IMG/VR virus record: IMGVR_UViG_3300032167_000097 | Strand: one strand, 5' to 3' | Length of the DNA: 64,000 nt | Source of the DNA: an uncultured virus (IMG/VR IMGVR_UViG_3300032167_000097) | Taxonomy: Duplodnaviria > Heunggongvirae > Uroviricota > Caudoviricetes | Shown here: in pieces, positions 12,291 to 21,510 of the stretch | Numbering within the stretch: position 1 is the first letter of the stretch | How the letters are laid out: each line of letters starts with the position of its first letter | Program-made: the position numbers and the translations under genes | The notes under the pieces: model-generated | Told to the model about the DNA's origin: nothing | Databases searched by the model: none | The model's input: only the letters and a program-made list of their open reading frames with translations

Positions 12291-12527
12291 TTACTCAAAC
12301 TCCTTCATTACCTCAATAAATCTGTCAATTTCTTCATTATCATCACTGTGTAATACGACATCTACTGGTTTGCTAAGATCCAATGTGTAAATACCCATGA
12401 TAGATTTAGCATCAATCACATATCTGTCTCTTACAATATCAATATCAGATTCAAATTTTGATACTGCCTGAGCAAAGTTTTTTGTTTTAATAAAATCGTT
12501 TAAATAAATTGTTACTTGTGTCTGCAT
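12291..12527 (-). CDS. HPr-family phosphocarrier-like protein (no His15 motif)
   Basis: IDAKSIMGI Ser46 motif; GLHARP motif absent. Confidence 0.85.
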   Translation of the reverse strand: MQTQVTIYLNDFIKTKNFAQAVSKFESDIDIVRDRYVIDAKSIMGIYTLDLSKPVDVVLHSDDNEEIDRFIEVMKEFE

Positions 12528-12560
12528 TTTTAAATCTCCTTTTTGTTTAATTTTGTATAG

Positions 12561-13427
12561 TTATTTGTAAAAATGATGCGAAGCATTGTCTGTAAACAGA
12601 TATCTTGCTCCGTTAAATGTATTTGTTTTTGAGTTACTATGAAAATATAACGCTCCATCAGTTGTGTCTCCAATTTCAAAAGCATATGCACAAGCTAATA
12701 TTGTATCTTCTGTAGGTTCTACTCTTTGATACGCTCCGTTTCCGATTGTCGAAAACTGATGTGCGGTTAATAATTCCGGTAAGGTATCCTTAAACACCTC
12801 GTCATTCATTCTATTAAAGATAACTGAAGCCACATTGCAGCGTTCATCAAACCCTCCAAGTCCTCCGACTTCTGCTTCTACAACGCCATACAATATCTCC
12901 AATTCTTCTTCCGTAAAATAATCTTGTATAGTTTCTGGCGAATCAGAATGTTTATTAATAAATTCTTTATACTCTAAAAACCATTCTTTCTTATCGCCTA
13001 CATTCTTTCTAGACATTAATGCTCGATATTCTGCTTCTGCTTGATTTTTCGTTATATAATCCAAACTCACATAAGCCGTAATAATCTCAATCATTTCAAT
13101 GTCCGGACGTTCATAATCATATTTAATACAACCCCATTTATTATTGTACTCATAATATGTAATTTCTGTTCCGGCTGGCAGCACATCATATATTTCAGAA
13201 CTCAATGAAGGTTTCTTTCTTATATTAAGATTTGCTGTTGTCCAGCCGGTAAAAATTAATGGAGGCTGTTTTTCTAATGTTTTTACTTCAATATCTGTCC
13301 TTTTTGCTTTTGCATATATTAAGGTTTCATCTTTTGTTCCTTGTAATTCTACCGTGTTATTAGTAAAGGGAATGAAACAAAGCATTATCCCTAAAATCAG
13401 AATTACAATAGCACTTATTTTTTTCAA
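12561..13427 (-). CDS. Secreted SH3b + SleB/Hydrolase_2 cell wall hydrolase
   Basis: Signal peptide, LNIRKKPS SH3b motif, VVEAEVG...VASVIFNR...QFS...GALYF. Confidence 0.85.
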   Translation of the reverse strand: MKKISAIVILILGIMLCFIPFTNNTVELQGTKDETLIYAKAKRTDIEVKTLEKQPPLIFTGWTTANLNIRKKPSLSSEIYDVLPAGTEITYYEYNNKWGCIKYDYERPDIEMIEIITAYVSLDYITKNQAEAEYRALMSRKNVGDKKEWFLEYKEFINKHSDSPETIQDYFTEEELEILYGVVEAEVGGLGGFDERCNVASVIFNRMNDEVFKDTLPELLTAHQFSTIGNGAYQRVEPTEDTILACAYAFEIGDTTDGALYFHSNSKTNTFNGARYLFTDNASHHFYK

Positions 13428-13656
13428 TTATCTATCTCCTCTACCAGTTATTTTGTTGACTTCTTCCCGAAGAACGTCTTCAAAATGAATTCTTTTGCCC
13501 CTTGTTTGATCATGACATTTCGAACATTCATTGTATCTATAATTCCTATCCTGTTCAAAATGCATGACATTCTTCATTACTTTATTACATCTTTGACATA
13601 TCATTTACAAGCCCCCTTGTGTTAGTTATTTAATTTTGTTTAGTTAATCTAAAGAT

Positions 13657-13685
13657 AATATATCACCGCCGTAATTATTTGTCAA
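13657..13685 (-). promoter_or_regulatory. SigmaA-type promoter flanked by two motif B copies
   Basis: TTGACA-N17-TATATT with TG extension; motif B at 13694 and 13629. Confidence 0.75.
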
Positions 13686-13700
13686 CACTTTTATTTAATT

Positions 13701-13952
13701 TTATACAGTTAATTTATATAAAATAATTGGATACCCTTCACCGTAATAAAAACTATCATTCCAATCAATAAATTCTACGGCCTCTTCGTAATCCATTCCT
13801 TCATTTGTAATTAGCCATTCAACCATTTTATCGTAATCGTATACCGCTCTGTTATCACTCGTAACACCTATGAGAGCATCATCATATGATGGGCTGTCAT
13901 ATATAATAACATCTTCATATCCTTCGTTTTCAATACGTTCTCTAGCTGTCAT
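13701..13952 (-). CDS. Hypothetical acidic phage protein
   Basis: 83-aa ORF with GGAG RBS. Confidence 0.65.
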   Translation of the reverse strand: MTARERIENEGYEDVIIYDSPSYDDALIGVTSDNRAVYDYDKMVEWLITNEGMDYEEAVEFIDWNDSFYYGEGYPIILYKLTV

Positions 13953-13962
13953 GTGTCACTCC

Positions 13963-14226
13963 TTAAAATTCTTCATAATATTTTTCTTCATTAATTTCTT
14001 TTTTATTTTTTTCTGCTTCTTTTACAACCTTTAATGCATCCTGCCTATCTTCGAATATGTATTTACCTAAAGTCGAATAACCAAATAGATAAGCATGTTT
14101 TTCTCTCTTCTCTGTTCCTACGAAGTACTCACCTGTTACTGTTCGAAGTTTTAATTCTAAAACTTCATATATACCAACTGTCGGCATAATTCTTGCATAA
14201 TATACTATTTGTCCTTTTTTTAACAT
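13963..14226 (-). CDS. Hypothetical phage protein
   Basis: 87-aa ORF with RBS. Confidence 0.65.
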   Translation of the reverse strand: MLKKGQIVYYARIMPTVGIYEVLELKLRTVTGEYFVGTEKREKHAYLFGYSTLGKYIFEDRQDALKVVKEAEKNKKEINEEKYYEEF

Positions 14227-14248
14227 TATTCTTTATTCCTTTATATTT

Positions 14249-14779
14249 TTATCTGATATAATTTTTTAAATAATATTCAAAGTATCCTCTTATGAACAAT
14301 CCTGAATATTTAATGTCCGGCATAAAGAACACCGGAATATTATATTTAAACCAAAAACTATGAATCGCACCCCAATAAGATTTCTTATTATACTTAGTTT
14401 TGTAATTGCCTGTTGCAATATCTGAATAATTGGCATTCTCAACGAGTAATACTTTATCTTTTGGTGCAAGACACAATTCTTTCTCAAATCTGTCTCTTTC
14501 AGTTGTTAGATTCCCACTTAATTCTTCAAGACTGCCTTTGCGCTCTATGGCCACTTTATTCATAAAATATAAATCTCTTGGTATTCCAAGCTTTTCATTT
14601 TTAGGTATCATAAAACTATAATCGCCACGATCAAGTGCTTTGGTTTTATATTTGATATTCTTCTTATCAAAGTATTCAAGTATATGATTATTAACACGTT
14701 CCCTGGTATCTACAAGGATAATCATAGAGGAGATTAACTCCTCCATTTCCTTGTCCGTATATTTATAAACTTCTATCAT
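14249..14779 (-). CDS. ERCC4-domain nuclease
   Basis: ILVDTRE, LDRGDYS, IERKGSLEEL; start MIEVY overlaps the dnaE stop (ATGA). Confidence 0.9.
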   Translation of the reverse strand: MIEVYKYTDKEMEELISSMIILVDTRERVNNHILEYFDKKNIKYKTKALDRGDYSFMIPKNEKLGIPRDLYFMNKVAIERKGSLEELSGNLTTERDRFEKELCLAPKDKVLLVENANYSDIATGNYKTKYNKKSYWGAIHSFWFKYNIPVFFMPDIKYSGLFIRGYFEYYLKNYIR

Positions 14780-17217
14780 AAATCTGTACCATCCTTTACA
14801 ATATATTTCTGCAGCCAATATTCATATTTATCTGGCACAGCCCTATAAATCTTCTTACCGGTTTCTGGATTAATCTCTCCGGTAGGTTCTTTTTTGTTAT
14901 CCTTCTTAATAGAAGAGATAAATAAAATGTCGTTTTTATTGAATGGGTCTGCATTGAATCCTCTTGCCCACATCTTAACTTCTCTTGTTTTTCCTGTACG
15001 AATTTCGTGCAATTTGACGTTTATTATTGTTTTCTTGATATCTAGTTCGCTAACGTAAAACAGATGCTTATTTACTTCAGAATTACTGTATGTAATATAG
15101 CCTAAACATTCATTTTCATAATGTAAATGATTATATATTGTTGTATTAGGATACTCATACACGTTCACCAATTCTCTTAATAAGTCCAAAGTATTAACCT
15201 TAGTAAACATTTTTTCAGTTTCTTTTTCGGCATACTTTTTAACCAATTCTTCACTGCATTTAATTTCGTTTAGTTTATCCTTTTTGAATTGTTTCTTACC
15301 GTAAATATTGTTGAATAATTCAACTTGAGTAAGTAACATATTAGGATGACCAAACTCTTCAAAGAAGTTTAATTTAATTAATATTTCAAGCTGCCTACTA
15401 TTTACAGATGTGTTCTGAATATCAATAAGCAAGTCAATAAATGTTTCATATTTATTATCTCTTAATTCATATAACTCATCTGCCATCTGTGAGTTACAGA
15501 ACTTAATTGATTCAATACCTTTGTAAATACCACTATCATTACATGAATATTTCGCAACAGAATGTCTAAACTTAATTGGATAAATTGTAATTCCTAATTG
15601 TTTGGCCAAAGCAGTTCCATTATTAATATCATCATCATTATTAGCATTGTTAAGATATGCTGTAATAAACTCTCTTGGATAATAATATCTTAAATATCCA
15701 CACAAATAACCAATCATTGAATAACCGGTAGAATGGTTGTATCCAAACTGATAATTAGATGAGTCTTCAATAATCTGCAAAAATGTCTTAGCCTCTTCTT
15801 CTGCTGTTTCTCTAGGCTTATCAGACTTACTACAATATCCTTCAAGAATACCCGGCAGAGCTTCTTCAAGTCTGTCTTTCTGTTTACGACCAATTGCTCT
15901 ACGAATATTATCAGCTTCTGAACCACTTAACCCACATATTTCTGTAAGGAATTTAATAGTGTCTTCCTGAAACACCAGGAATCCGTGGTTGTCTTTCAGA
16001 AGTTCATCAATAATTTCTGACGGATTTTTATTTTCCTCTCTTGCAAGTAACCTCTCTCTATAACTTTCACCGGACGGTCTAATACTTGCATTCACTAATG
16101 ATAAGTCGTTTACTTGCTTACAACCCATTTTCTTTAATGAATCATAGGCAAATTGCGATTCGAACTGGAAGACTCCAACAGGGCTATCGGTTATATGCTG
16201 CCACACTTCTTGGTCATCCCAATCAATTTCGTGCGATTTAGGATATTTAATCCCTGCCAACTCACAACAATCTTTAATAATTTCTACGTTCTTTAATCCA
16301 AGAATATCATATTTAACCAATGATATTTCGTGAATCTCTTCCATGTTGATAGAAAGAATACGCTTACCATCATTCCAGAATGTTCCATAATTGTCTGGTA
16401 ATGTTACAGGACTACAAATAATTCCTGCCGGATGCATTGATTGAGAAATTGCTGTATTAACCAAACCATCAAAATAATAAAATATATCAGGATACTTAGC
16501 CTTTGTTTCTTCAGGGTTGACTTCGTATTCTTTCTTGATTCTTGCAATATTATCAAGCGAGTACGGATTATTTTTAATGTCTTTATTAGTTTCTAACCAC
16601 TTATCAGATAAAGCCCTACCAATTTCATCAATAGTACCCTTGTCTGATATCGTTCCTATTGCTAATACATACGCAGTCTTGTCTATACCAAATTTCTCTA
16701 TGATATGTTCATATACTAAATGGCGTTGTGTTGGAGAAATATCAACATCAATATCACCAATTTCTTTTCTATTTTCATTACAGAAACGAGAAAAAATAGT
16801 ATTCCATGTTAAAGGGTTTACATCAATAATATCAGTAAGATATGCTATCATTGAGCCGCCAACAGAACCTCTACAGAACCCAACCGGTATTCCATTCTCC
16901 CAACACCACGAAACAAGTTCTGACATAAATAACATAAAGCCAACCATACCAATTTTCTTAAATACACGCATTTCTTCTTTAACCATCTGCTTGTATCTAG
17001 GATCTGGTTTGATTACTCCACGTTTAAGTTTGTCTTGATACATATCATTAATTCGTTTTTTAAGAACCTTTTCTTCATCATCATAAAGAATAGGATACTT
17101 AAATGATGTATCTAACTCAAAACCTTCTACTGAGTCAGCCATACGATTAGTATTCTCAATAGCTTCTAATATCACATCCATAGGCAATGAAGCCTGCTGC
17201 TTAAACATTTCAACCAA
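14776..17217 (-). CDS. dnaE: DNA polymerase III alpha subunit, polymerase part (in frame with upstream PHP part across a TAA)
   Basis: RGSVGGS, GDIDVD, HPAGII, VKYDILGL, GVFQFES, LVFQE, YQFGYNHS. Confidence 0.92.
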   Translation of the reverse strand: MVEMFKQQASLPMDVILEAIENTNRMADSVEGFELDTSFKYPILYDDEEKVLKKRINDMYQDKLKRGVIKPDPRYKQMVKEEMRVFKKIGMVGFMLFMSELVSWCWENGIPVGFCRGSVGGSMIAYLTDIIDVNPLTWNTIFSRFCNENRKEIGDIDVDISPTQRHLVYEHIIEKFGIDKTAYVLAIGTISDKGTIDEIGRALSDKWLETNKDIKNNPYSLDNIARIKKEYEVNPEETKAKYPDIFYYFDGLVNTAISQSMHPAGIICSPVTLPDNYGTFWNDGKRILSINMEEIHEISLVKYDILGLKNVEIIKDCCELAGIKYPKSHEIDWDDQEVWQHITDSPVGVFQFESQFAYDSLKKMGCKQVNDLSLVNASIRPSGESYRERLLAREENKNPSEIIDELLKDNHGFLVFQEDTIKFLTEICGLSGSEADNIRRAIGRKQKDRLEEALPGILEGYCSKSDKPRETAEEEAKTFLQIIEDSSNYQFGYNHSTGYSMIGYLCGYLRYYYPREFITAYLNNANNDDDINNGTALAKQLGITIYPIKFRHSVAKYSCNDSGIYKGIESIKFCNSQMADELYELRDNKYETFIDLLIDIQNTSVNSRQLEILIKLNFFEEFGHPNMLLTQVELFNNIYGKKQFKKDKLNEIKCSEELVKKYAEKETEKMFTKVNTLDLLRELVNVYEYPNTTIYNHLHYENECLGYITYSNSEVNKHLFYVSELDIKKTIINVKLHEIRTGKTREVKMWARGFNADPFNKNDILFISSIKKDNKKEPTGEINPETGKKIYRAVPDKYEYWLQKYIVKDGTDL

Positions 17218-17223
17218 TTCATC

Positions 17224-17922
17224 TTAAGATTTATATGTTAAATCAAAGGAATCTTCATCTGTGTATACTATCTTTTTCGCCTTTTGTAATATACTTCTAC
17301 ATTCAGCTTTGTAAGAATCTAAACTATGTGTGTCAGTACCTGCAATTAATGGTATGTTATATTTTTTTGAAGCCATAAGCAGCATTGAATTATAATGAAT
17401 TTGGTCAGCATTATTATGTGGCTGAACTTCATAATAATCATAAGATTGTAATAATCTATCATATATGTCTTTGCATGCGTTCTCAGATTGTGGATACTTG
17501 CTTAACGGCGATGCTAAACAAGCACTGATTTTTATAATATTATCTGATATAGCAAAGTACTCATCAAAACTCAAACGTGGCTTATAATAGAAATGATCTT
17601 CTTGAGTAGATAAATCTATTAATGTATTAAGTTCTTTTACACCATCATGGTTCTTTGCAATAAGAATTGTATGATAATTATCACGAACTTTTTCATCTAA
17701 TGAGGCGGTTAAGTAAACTTCACAAGCATGAATATATTTTAATCCTTTTTCATTTGCATACATTTTCTTTTCAATCCAATTATATGTATTACCATGTTCT
17801 GAAAATGCAATTGCTGTCTGTCCTAATTCAACTGCCTTATTTACATATAATTTATAATTAGTACAACTATCAAGCAAAGAATTTTCTGTATGCAAATGAT
17901 ATACTGTATAATTACGATCCAT
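17224..17922 (-). CDS. dnaE: DNA polymerase III alpha subunit, N-terminal PHP domain
   Basis: YHLHTENSLLDS, AFSEHG, FYYKPR, SACL, GTDTH; ends at in-frame TAA 17224-17226. Confidence 0.9.
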   Translation of the reverse strand: MDRNYTVYHLHTENSLLDSCTNYKLYVNKAVELGQTAIAFSEHGNTYNWIEKKMYANEKGLKYIHACEVYLTASLDEKVRDNYHTILIAKNHDGVKELNTLIDLSTQEDHFYYKPRLSFDEYFAISDNIIKISACLASPLSKYPQSENACKDIYDRLLQSYDYYEVQPHNNADQIHYNSMLLMASKKYNIPLIAGTDTHSLDSYKAECRSILQKAKKIVYTDEDSFDLTYKS

Positions 17923-17924
17923 TT

Positions 17925-18860
17925 TTATGATACCTTTCTCTTAAAAACTTTCTTCTGAATAACATCTAAATAATTTGGTATGTTTTTTAAAATAAGTTCA
18001 TCAATAATTTTAGAATCATCAACAGTGTATTTTGCATATCTGACATCTTTACATAACATTGGTTGTAAACCAAAATTTTGATTAACCTTATTTAAATAAT
18101 GTTGTACCTCATCCATAGTCCAATCACCAAAACATATTTCCCAATTATTATGACTGCCACTACAGCATTTTGAACCATCATCAAGCATATGAGTGCAAAA
18201 ACCCATCTCATCTAATTGATCAATTTTTTCACATCTGCTCATACTACGAATGCTTGCCAAAGACTCGATTGCTCTAGTTATAAATCTATATTGTCTCTGT
18301 GTATGATATAACTTACCATTAAATACTTTATCTTTTGCATCTATACAAACTGGTTCGCTTAAACATAGATTTTTTAATATTTCATATTTCCAATACAAAT
18401 AACCCTTTTCATCTTCTGCATGTGACTCAATATAAATAGGATATTTTTCTCGTTTATCAATATGACCGTCACCCAATGTTCCGGCAAGAATAATTGAATA
18501 TTGTAAAGGTGTTAATGTTGCGTGTTTTGCATATGTCCTATTAGAAAGGTTATGTTTTTCTCTTGTCCATTTTTCTAAAACTCGTTTACTATAACCAGTT
18601 TCTTCTGCTAATTGCTCACAACTTTTACCTTCAACAATAATTTTTTGATAACACCAGTCATAATCTTGATATTCCGCTTTAAAATTAGGATTATTATCAC
18701 GAATATATTTCTGTGGTAATCCTAATTTTGATGCCTTTCGTAAAATAGCTTGTTCTGTATGACTTGGTATTTTCTTCGCAATCTCATTTGCTGATAACAT
18801 TTTTTCATAACACTCTTCTAATATTTTTACTTCTTCGTCTGTCCATAAAATTTTAGCCAT
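17925..18860 (-). CDS. Free-standing LAGLIDADG homing endonuclease with N-terminal HTH/Myb-like region
   Basis: IILAGTLGDGHI and THMLDDGS motifs; YLYWKYEIL; WTDEE N-terminus. Confidence 0.75.
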   Translation of the reverse strand: MAKILWTDEEVKILEECYEKMLSANEIAKKIPSHTEQAILRKASKLGLPQKYIRDNNPNFKAEYQDYDWCYQKIIVEGKSCEQLAEETGYSKRVLEKWTREKHNLSNRTYAKHATLTPLQYSIILAGTLGDGHIDKREKYPIYIESHAEDEKGYLYWKYEILKNLCLSEPVCIDAKDKVFNGKLYHTQRQYRFITRAIESLASIRSMSRCEKIDQLDEMGFCTHMLDDGSKCCSGSHNNWEICFGDWTMDEVQHYLNKVNQNFGLQPMLCKDVRYAKYTVDDSKIIDELILKNIPNYLDVIQKKVFKRKVS

Positions 18861-20485
18861 TATATAACACCCATTTCGTAACTCTGCATAATAACCTTTA
18901 GCATAAATGTTCTTGCAAAAAATCCTGAATCTAATTCACCATATACTTCCATAGGTTCATTCATCATTGCAGCATCTTCTAATTCTTCATAATCACATTT
19001 TGTGTTCCATTCAATAAGTTGTATATAATCGGCAGGCTTAATTACGAGGTGCTTTCCGTCTTTAAAACTGCCAATAGAATAATCATTAATACCGCTAACT
19101 TTGAACACTGTAGCCTTAAATCCTTTACCACTAATTCGATTAAGTAATTTAATCTTATCTACAAGTGTTCTTGTTAAATCACTCAATTCAATCCAAGCAT
19201 CTACTTCTGAACATTGTTCTGTGGTCTGTTTAATTTCGTTTAGTTTTGAGTTTACTTGATTAAGAAACTCATCAAAATCATCTTTCTTAATCTCAATACC
19301 GCTTGCTTCTTCATGTCCATGTAATTCTGCCAATCCAGTTTCATTACATAATGCCATAAAGTCACCATAACCAATACTTCTCATAGATCCAGCATACTTA
19401 TCACCAATATCTTTCAAAATAAACATTGGCTTATTATATATTTCTAAACACTTATTTCCTATTAAACCGGAAATACCATATTCGCTTTCAATAACTGTAT
19501 AAAGTGCATTATTATCGCTCTGCGATTCAAAGTCTTTTTCAATCCATGGCATCAGTCTTTCAACTTCTTCGTTTTGGATATCTTTACATTCTTCTAATAA
19601 TTTCTTACACTTAAGAACCTCTTTGTTATCATCAGATAAGAACATCTGCAAAGCAATTTCGTTTCTACCAATACGACAGCTTGCATTGATTAATGGTGCT
19701 ACGCTAAACAGTACTGATTTACTATTAAACTCATAACTACCAATAATCTTTTTAATCGCAAGATTCTTTAGATTATCCAAACCTTGTTTAATAATATATC
19801 TATTCTCCATACTTGCTTCAGATACATCTGATACGTCAGCTAAAATACCCACTGCAGCAAGGTCAACTAAATCTTCTGCATAGTCAGTAAGTTCTTGCTC
19901 ATCAACGTAACAACAAAATTTATAAACTACGCCCGCACCGGATAACGCAGGATTATCGTAATGAACCTGTGAAGTAACTAATGTAATATAATCCCAATAT
20001 GCAACTGTCGGATCTACTGCATGGTGGTCTAATACAATAACATCAATATCTTTCTTGTTTAATTTTGAATAGTTTTCTGCGGTAGCATCTAAACTATCAA
20101 CAATAATTAATAAATCTGTTCCGTCAAACTTGCTTAAATCTTGTCCTAACAGACCGTGCATCTTACCTTCATTAATAAATGTTTGGCATTCTACACCAAG
20201 ATTTCTGAGATATCTTGTCATAATCGCACCGGAAGTAATTCCATCGGTGTCCGTGTCAAACAACACAGAAATTTTGCTTTTATTTTCAATATGCTTCATT
20301 AATAATTCGTACGCTTTATCAATATATAATAAACTGTTTAAAGGAAGCATATCTTCTTCAGTAGGATTTAAAAAATGTTCTGCATCTTCTATGCCTCTTT
20401 GTTCGAGTATTGTATTAAATATATCTTCTTCATACATTCCACGGCAATCTGCTTTTATGTTATAATTCGTCTTCATCACTGTCAC
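18860..20485 (-). CDS. recJ: RecJ-like ssDNA exonuclease (DHH family)
   Basis: DTDTDGITS, IVLDHH, LSGAGV, AVGILAD, APLINA, GSMRS, GHEEASG. Confidence 0.92.
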   Translation of the reverse strand: MTVMKTNYNIKADCRGMYEEDIFNTILEQRGIEDAEHFLNPTEEDMLPLNSLLYIDKAYELLMKHIENKSKISVLFDTDTDGITSGAIMTRYLRNLGVECQTFINEGKMHGLLGQDLSKFDGTDLLIIVDSLDATAENYSKLNKKDIDVIVLDHHAVDPTVAYWDYITLVTSQVHYDNPALSGAGVVYKFCCYVDEQELTDYAEDLVDLAAVGILADVSDVSEASMENRYIIKQGLDNLKNLAIKKIIGSYEFNSKSVLFSVAPLINASCRIGRNEIALQMFLSDDNKEVLKCKKLLEECKDIQNEEVERLMPWIEKDFESQSDNNALYTVIESEYGISGLIGNKCLEIYNKPMFILKDIGDKYAGSMRSIGYGDFMALCNETGLAELHGHEEASGIEIKKDDFDEFLNQVNSKLNEIKQTTEQCSEVDAWIELSDLTRTLVDKIKLLNRISGKGFKATVFKVSGINDYSIGSFKDGKHLVIKPADYIQLIEWNTKCDYEELEDAAMMNEPMEVYGELDSGFFARTFMLKVIMQSYEMGVI

Positions 20486-21491
20486 CTATAATTTTAATTT
20501 CGTTGTCTAATATATATCTTAATTGTTTTTTCCCCATATCTGATGGAGAAACTTTGTCTGTATAATTACCTTTTGTCCAATCCCAGTAACCAAGTTTTAC
20601 TTCCGAAAATCTTGAATAACCTTTTACCATATTAATATTTCTCATAATGTTCTCTAAATCATAACCAACATCATGCATAAAAATAATCTTTTCTGGATTT
20701 AGCTCCAATAACATCTGAACCTGTTTATTACTGATACTTCCTGAACCAAGTGCAACACAGTTACGAATACCATACGAGTGGCACTGCATTACAAACTTCT
20801 CACTCTCTCCAACATATATGGTATTGCCTACCAGATGACTATAATTCTGTGCATACCCGTAGAGCGTAAGCGAGGCCTGGCAAGGCATTAGATAGTAATA
20901 TTTCATTTCTCCATCAGCCACTTCATAATTACACCTTGCTTTAGCACCCATTAACTGTCCTACTTGGTCATATATAGGTATCACAATGCTCTGTGATTCG
21001 ACATCATATCTAAGATTGAAATACTTTTGACTATCTAATGATATATTATCTCTAATAAATCTTTTATTGCCACAACGCCTGTAGCACTTTAAGACGGATT
21101 CATCATAGACACGAACTTTACTAGTGTTTTTCTTTCTTATCTTTTCATAAAAACCACCAAATACATATCTCTTACTATCAAAGAAATCATAATAATCTGT
21201 AATGCCAAGAACATTCTTTACTGTATTAAGTACATCAGAGAAGGTAACTTTACGCTGCTCTATTATGTAAGAGAACAAATCTTTATTAATGTTTCTTGCA
21301 TAATCATTTACATACAAATAACAATTGTTTTCTAGCCTTATTACAATTGATTTCTTACTACTATGTTCATCTCTGCCGAATGACATATATGTGTTTCTAA
21401 TAACTATGTTACAGTAGTTGTAATGCTCAAGTACATCTTTGAGCTTATCTGGATTTGACAATAATTCTTTTTTAATATCCTCAAGCATCAC
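20460..21491 (-). CDS. Phage DNA primase (Toprim)
   Basis: IVIPI, LYGY, YVGESEKFVMQ, MHD; between helicase and RecJ as in SPbeta-like phages. Confidence 0.8.
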   Translation of the reverse strand: MMLEDIKKELLSNPDKLKDVLEHYNYCNIVIRNTYMSFGRDEHSSKKSIVIRLENNCYLYVNDYARNINKDLFSYIIEQRKVTFSDVLNTVKNVLGITDYYDFFDSKRYVFGGFYEKIRKKNTSKVRVYDESVLKCYRRCGNKRFIRDNISLDSQKYFNLRYDVESQSIVIPIYDQVGQLMGAKARCNYEVADGEMKYYYLMPCQASLTLYGYAQNYSHLVGNTIYVGESEKFVMQCHSYGIRNCVALGSGSISNKQVQMLLELNPEKIIFMHDVGYDLENIMRNINMVKGYSRFSEVKLGYWDWTKGNYTDKVSPSDMGKKQLRYILDNEIKIIGDSDEDEL

Positions 21492-21510
21492 ATTTTTTCA
21501 CCAACTTTCC

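Noticed and set aside
17224..17226. Genome-wide stop codon reassignment explaining the dnaE TAA
   Set aside because: TAA terminates many genes here, other long genes are uninterrupted, and neither tRNA has a suppressor anticodon
8436..18860. Intein or group I intron in nrdD or dnaE
   Set aside because: Proteins are of normal length, dnaE halves are directly in frame, and the LAGLIDADG ORF lies outside dnaE
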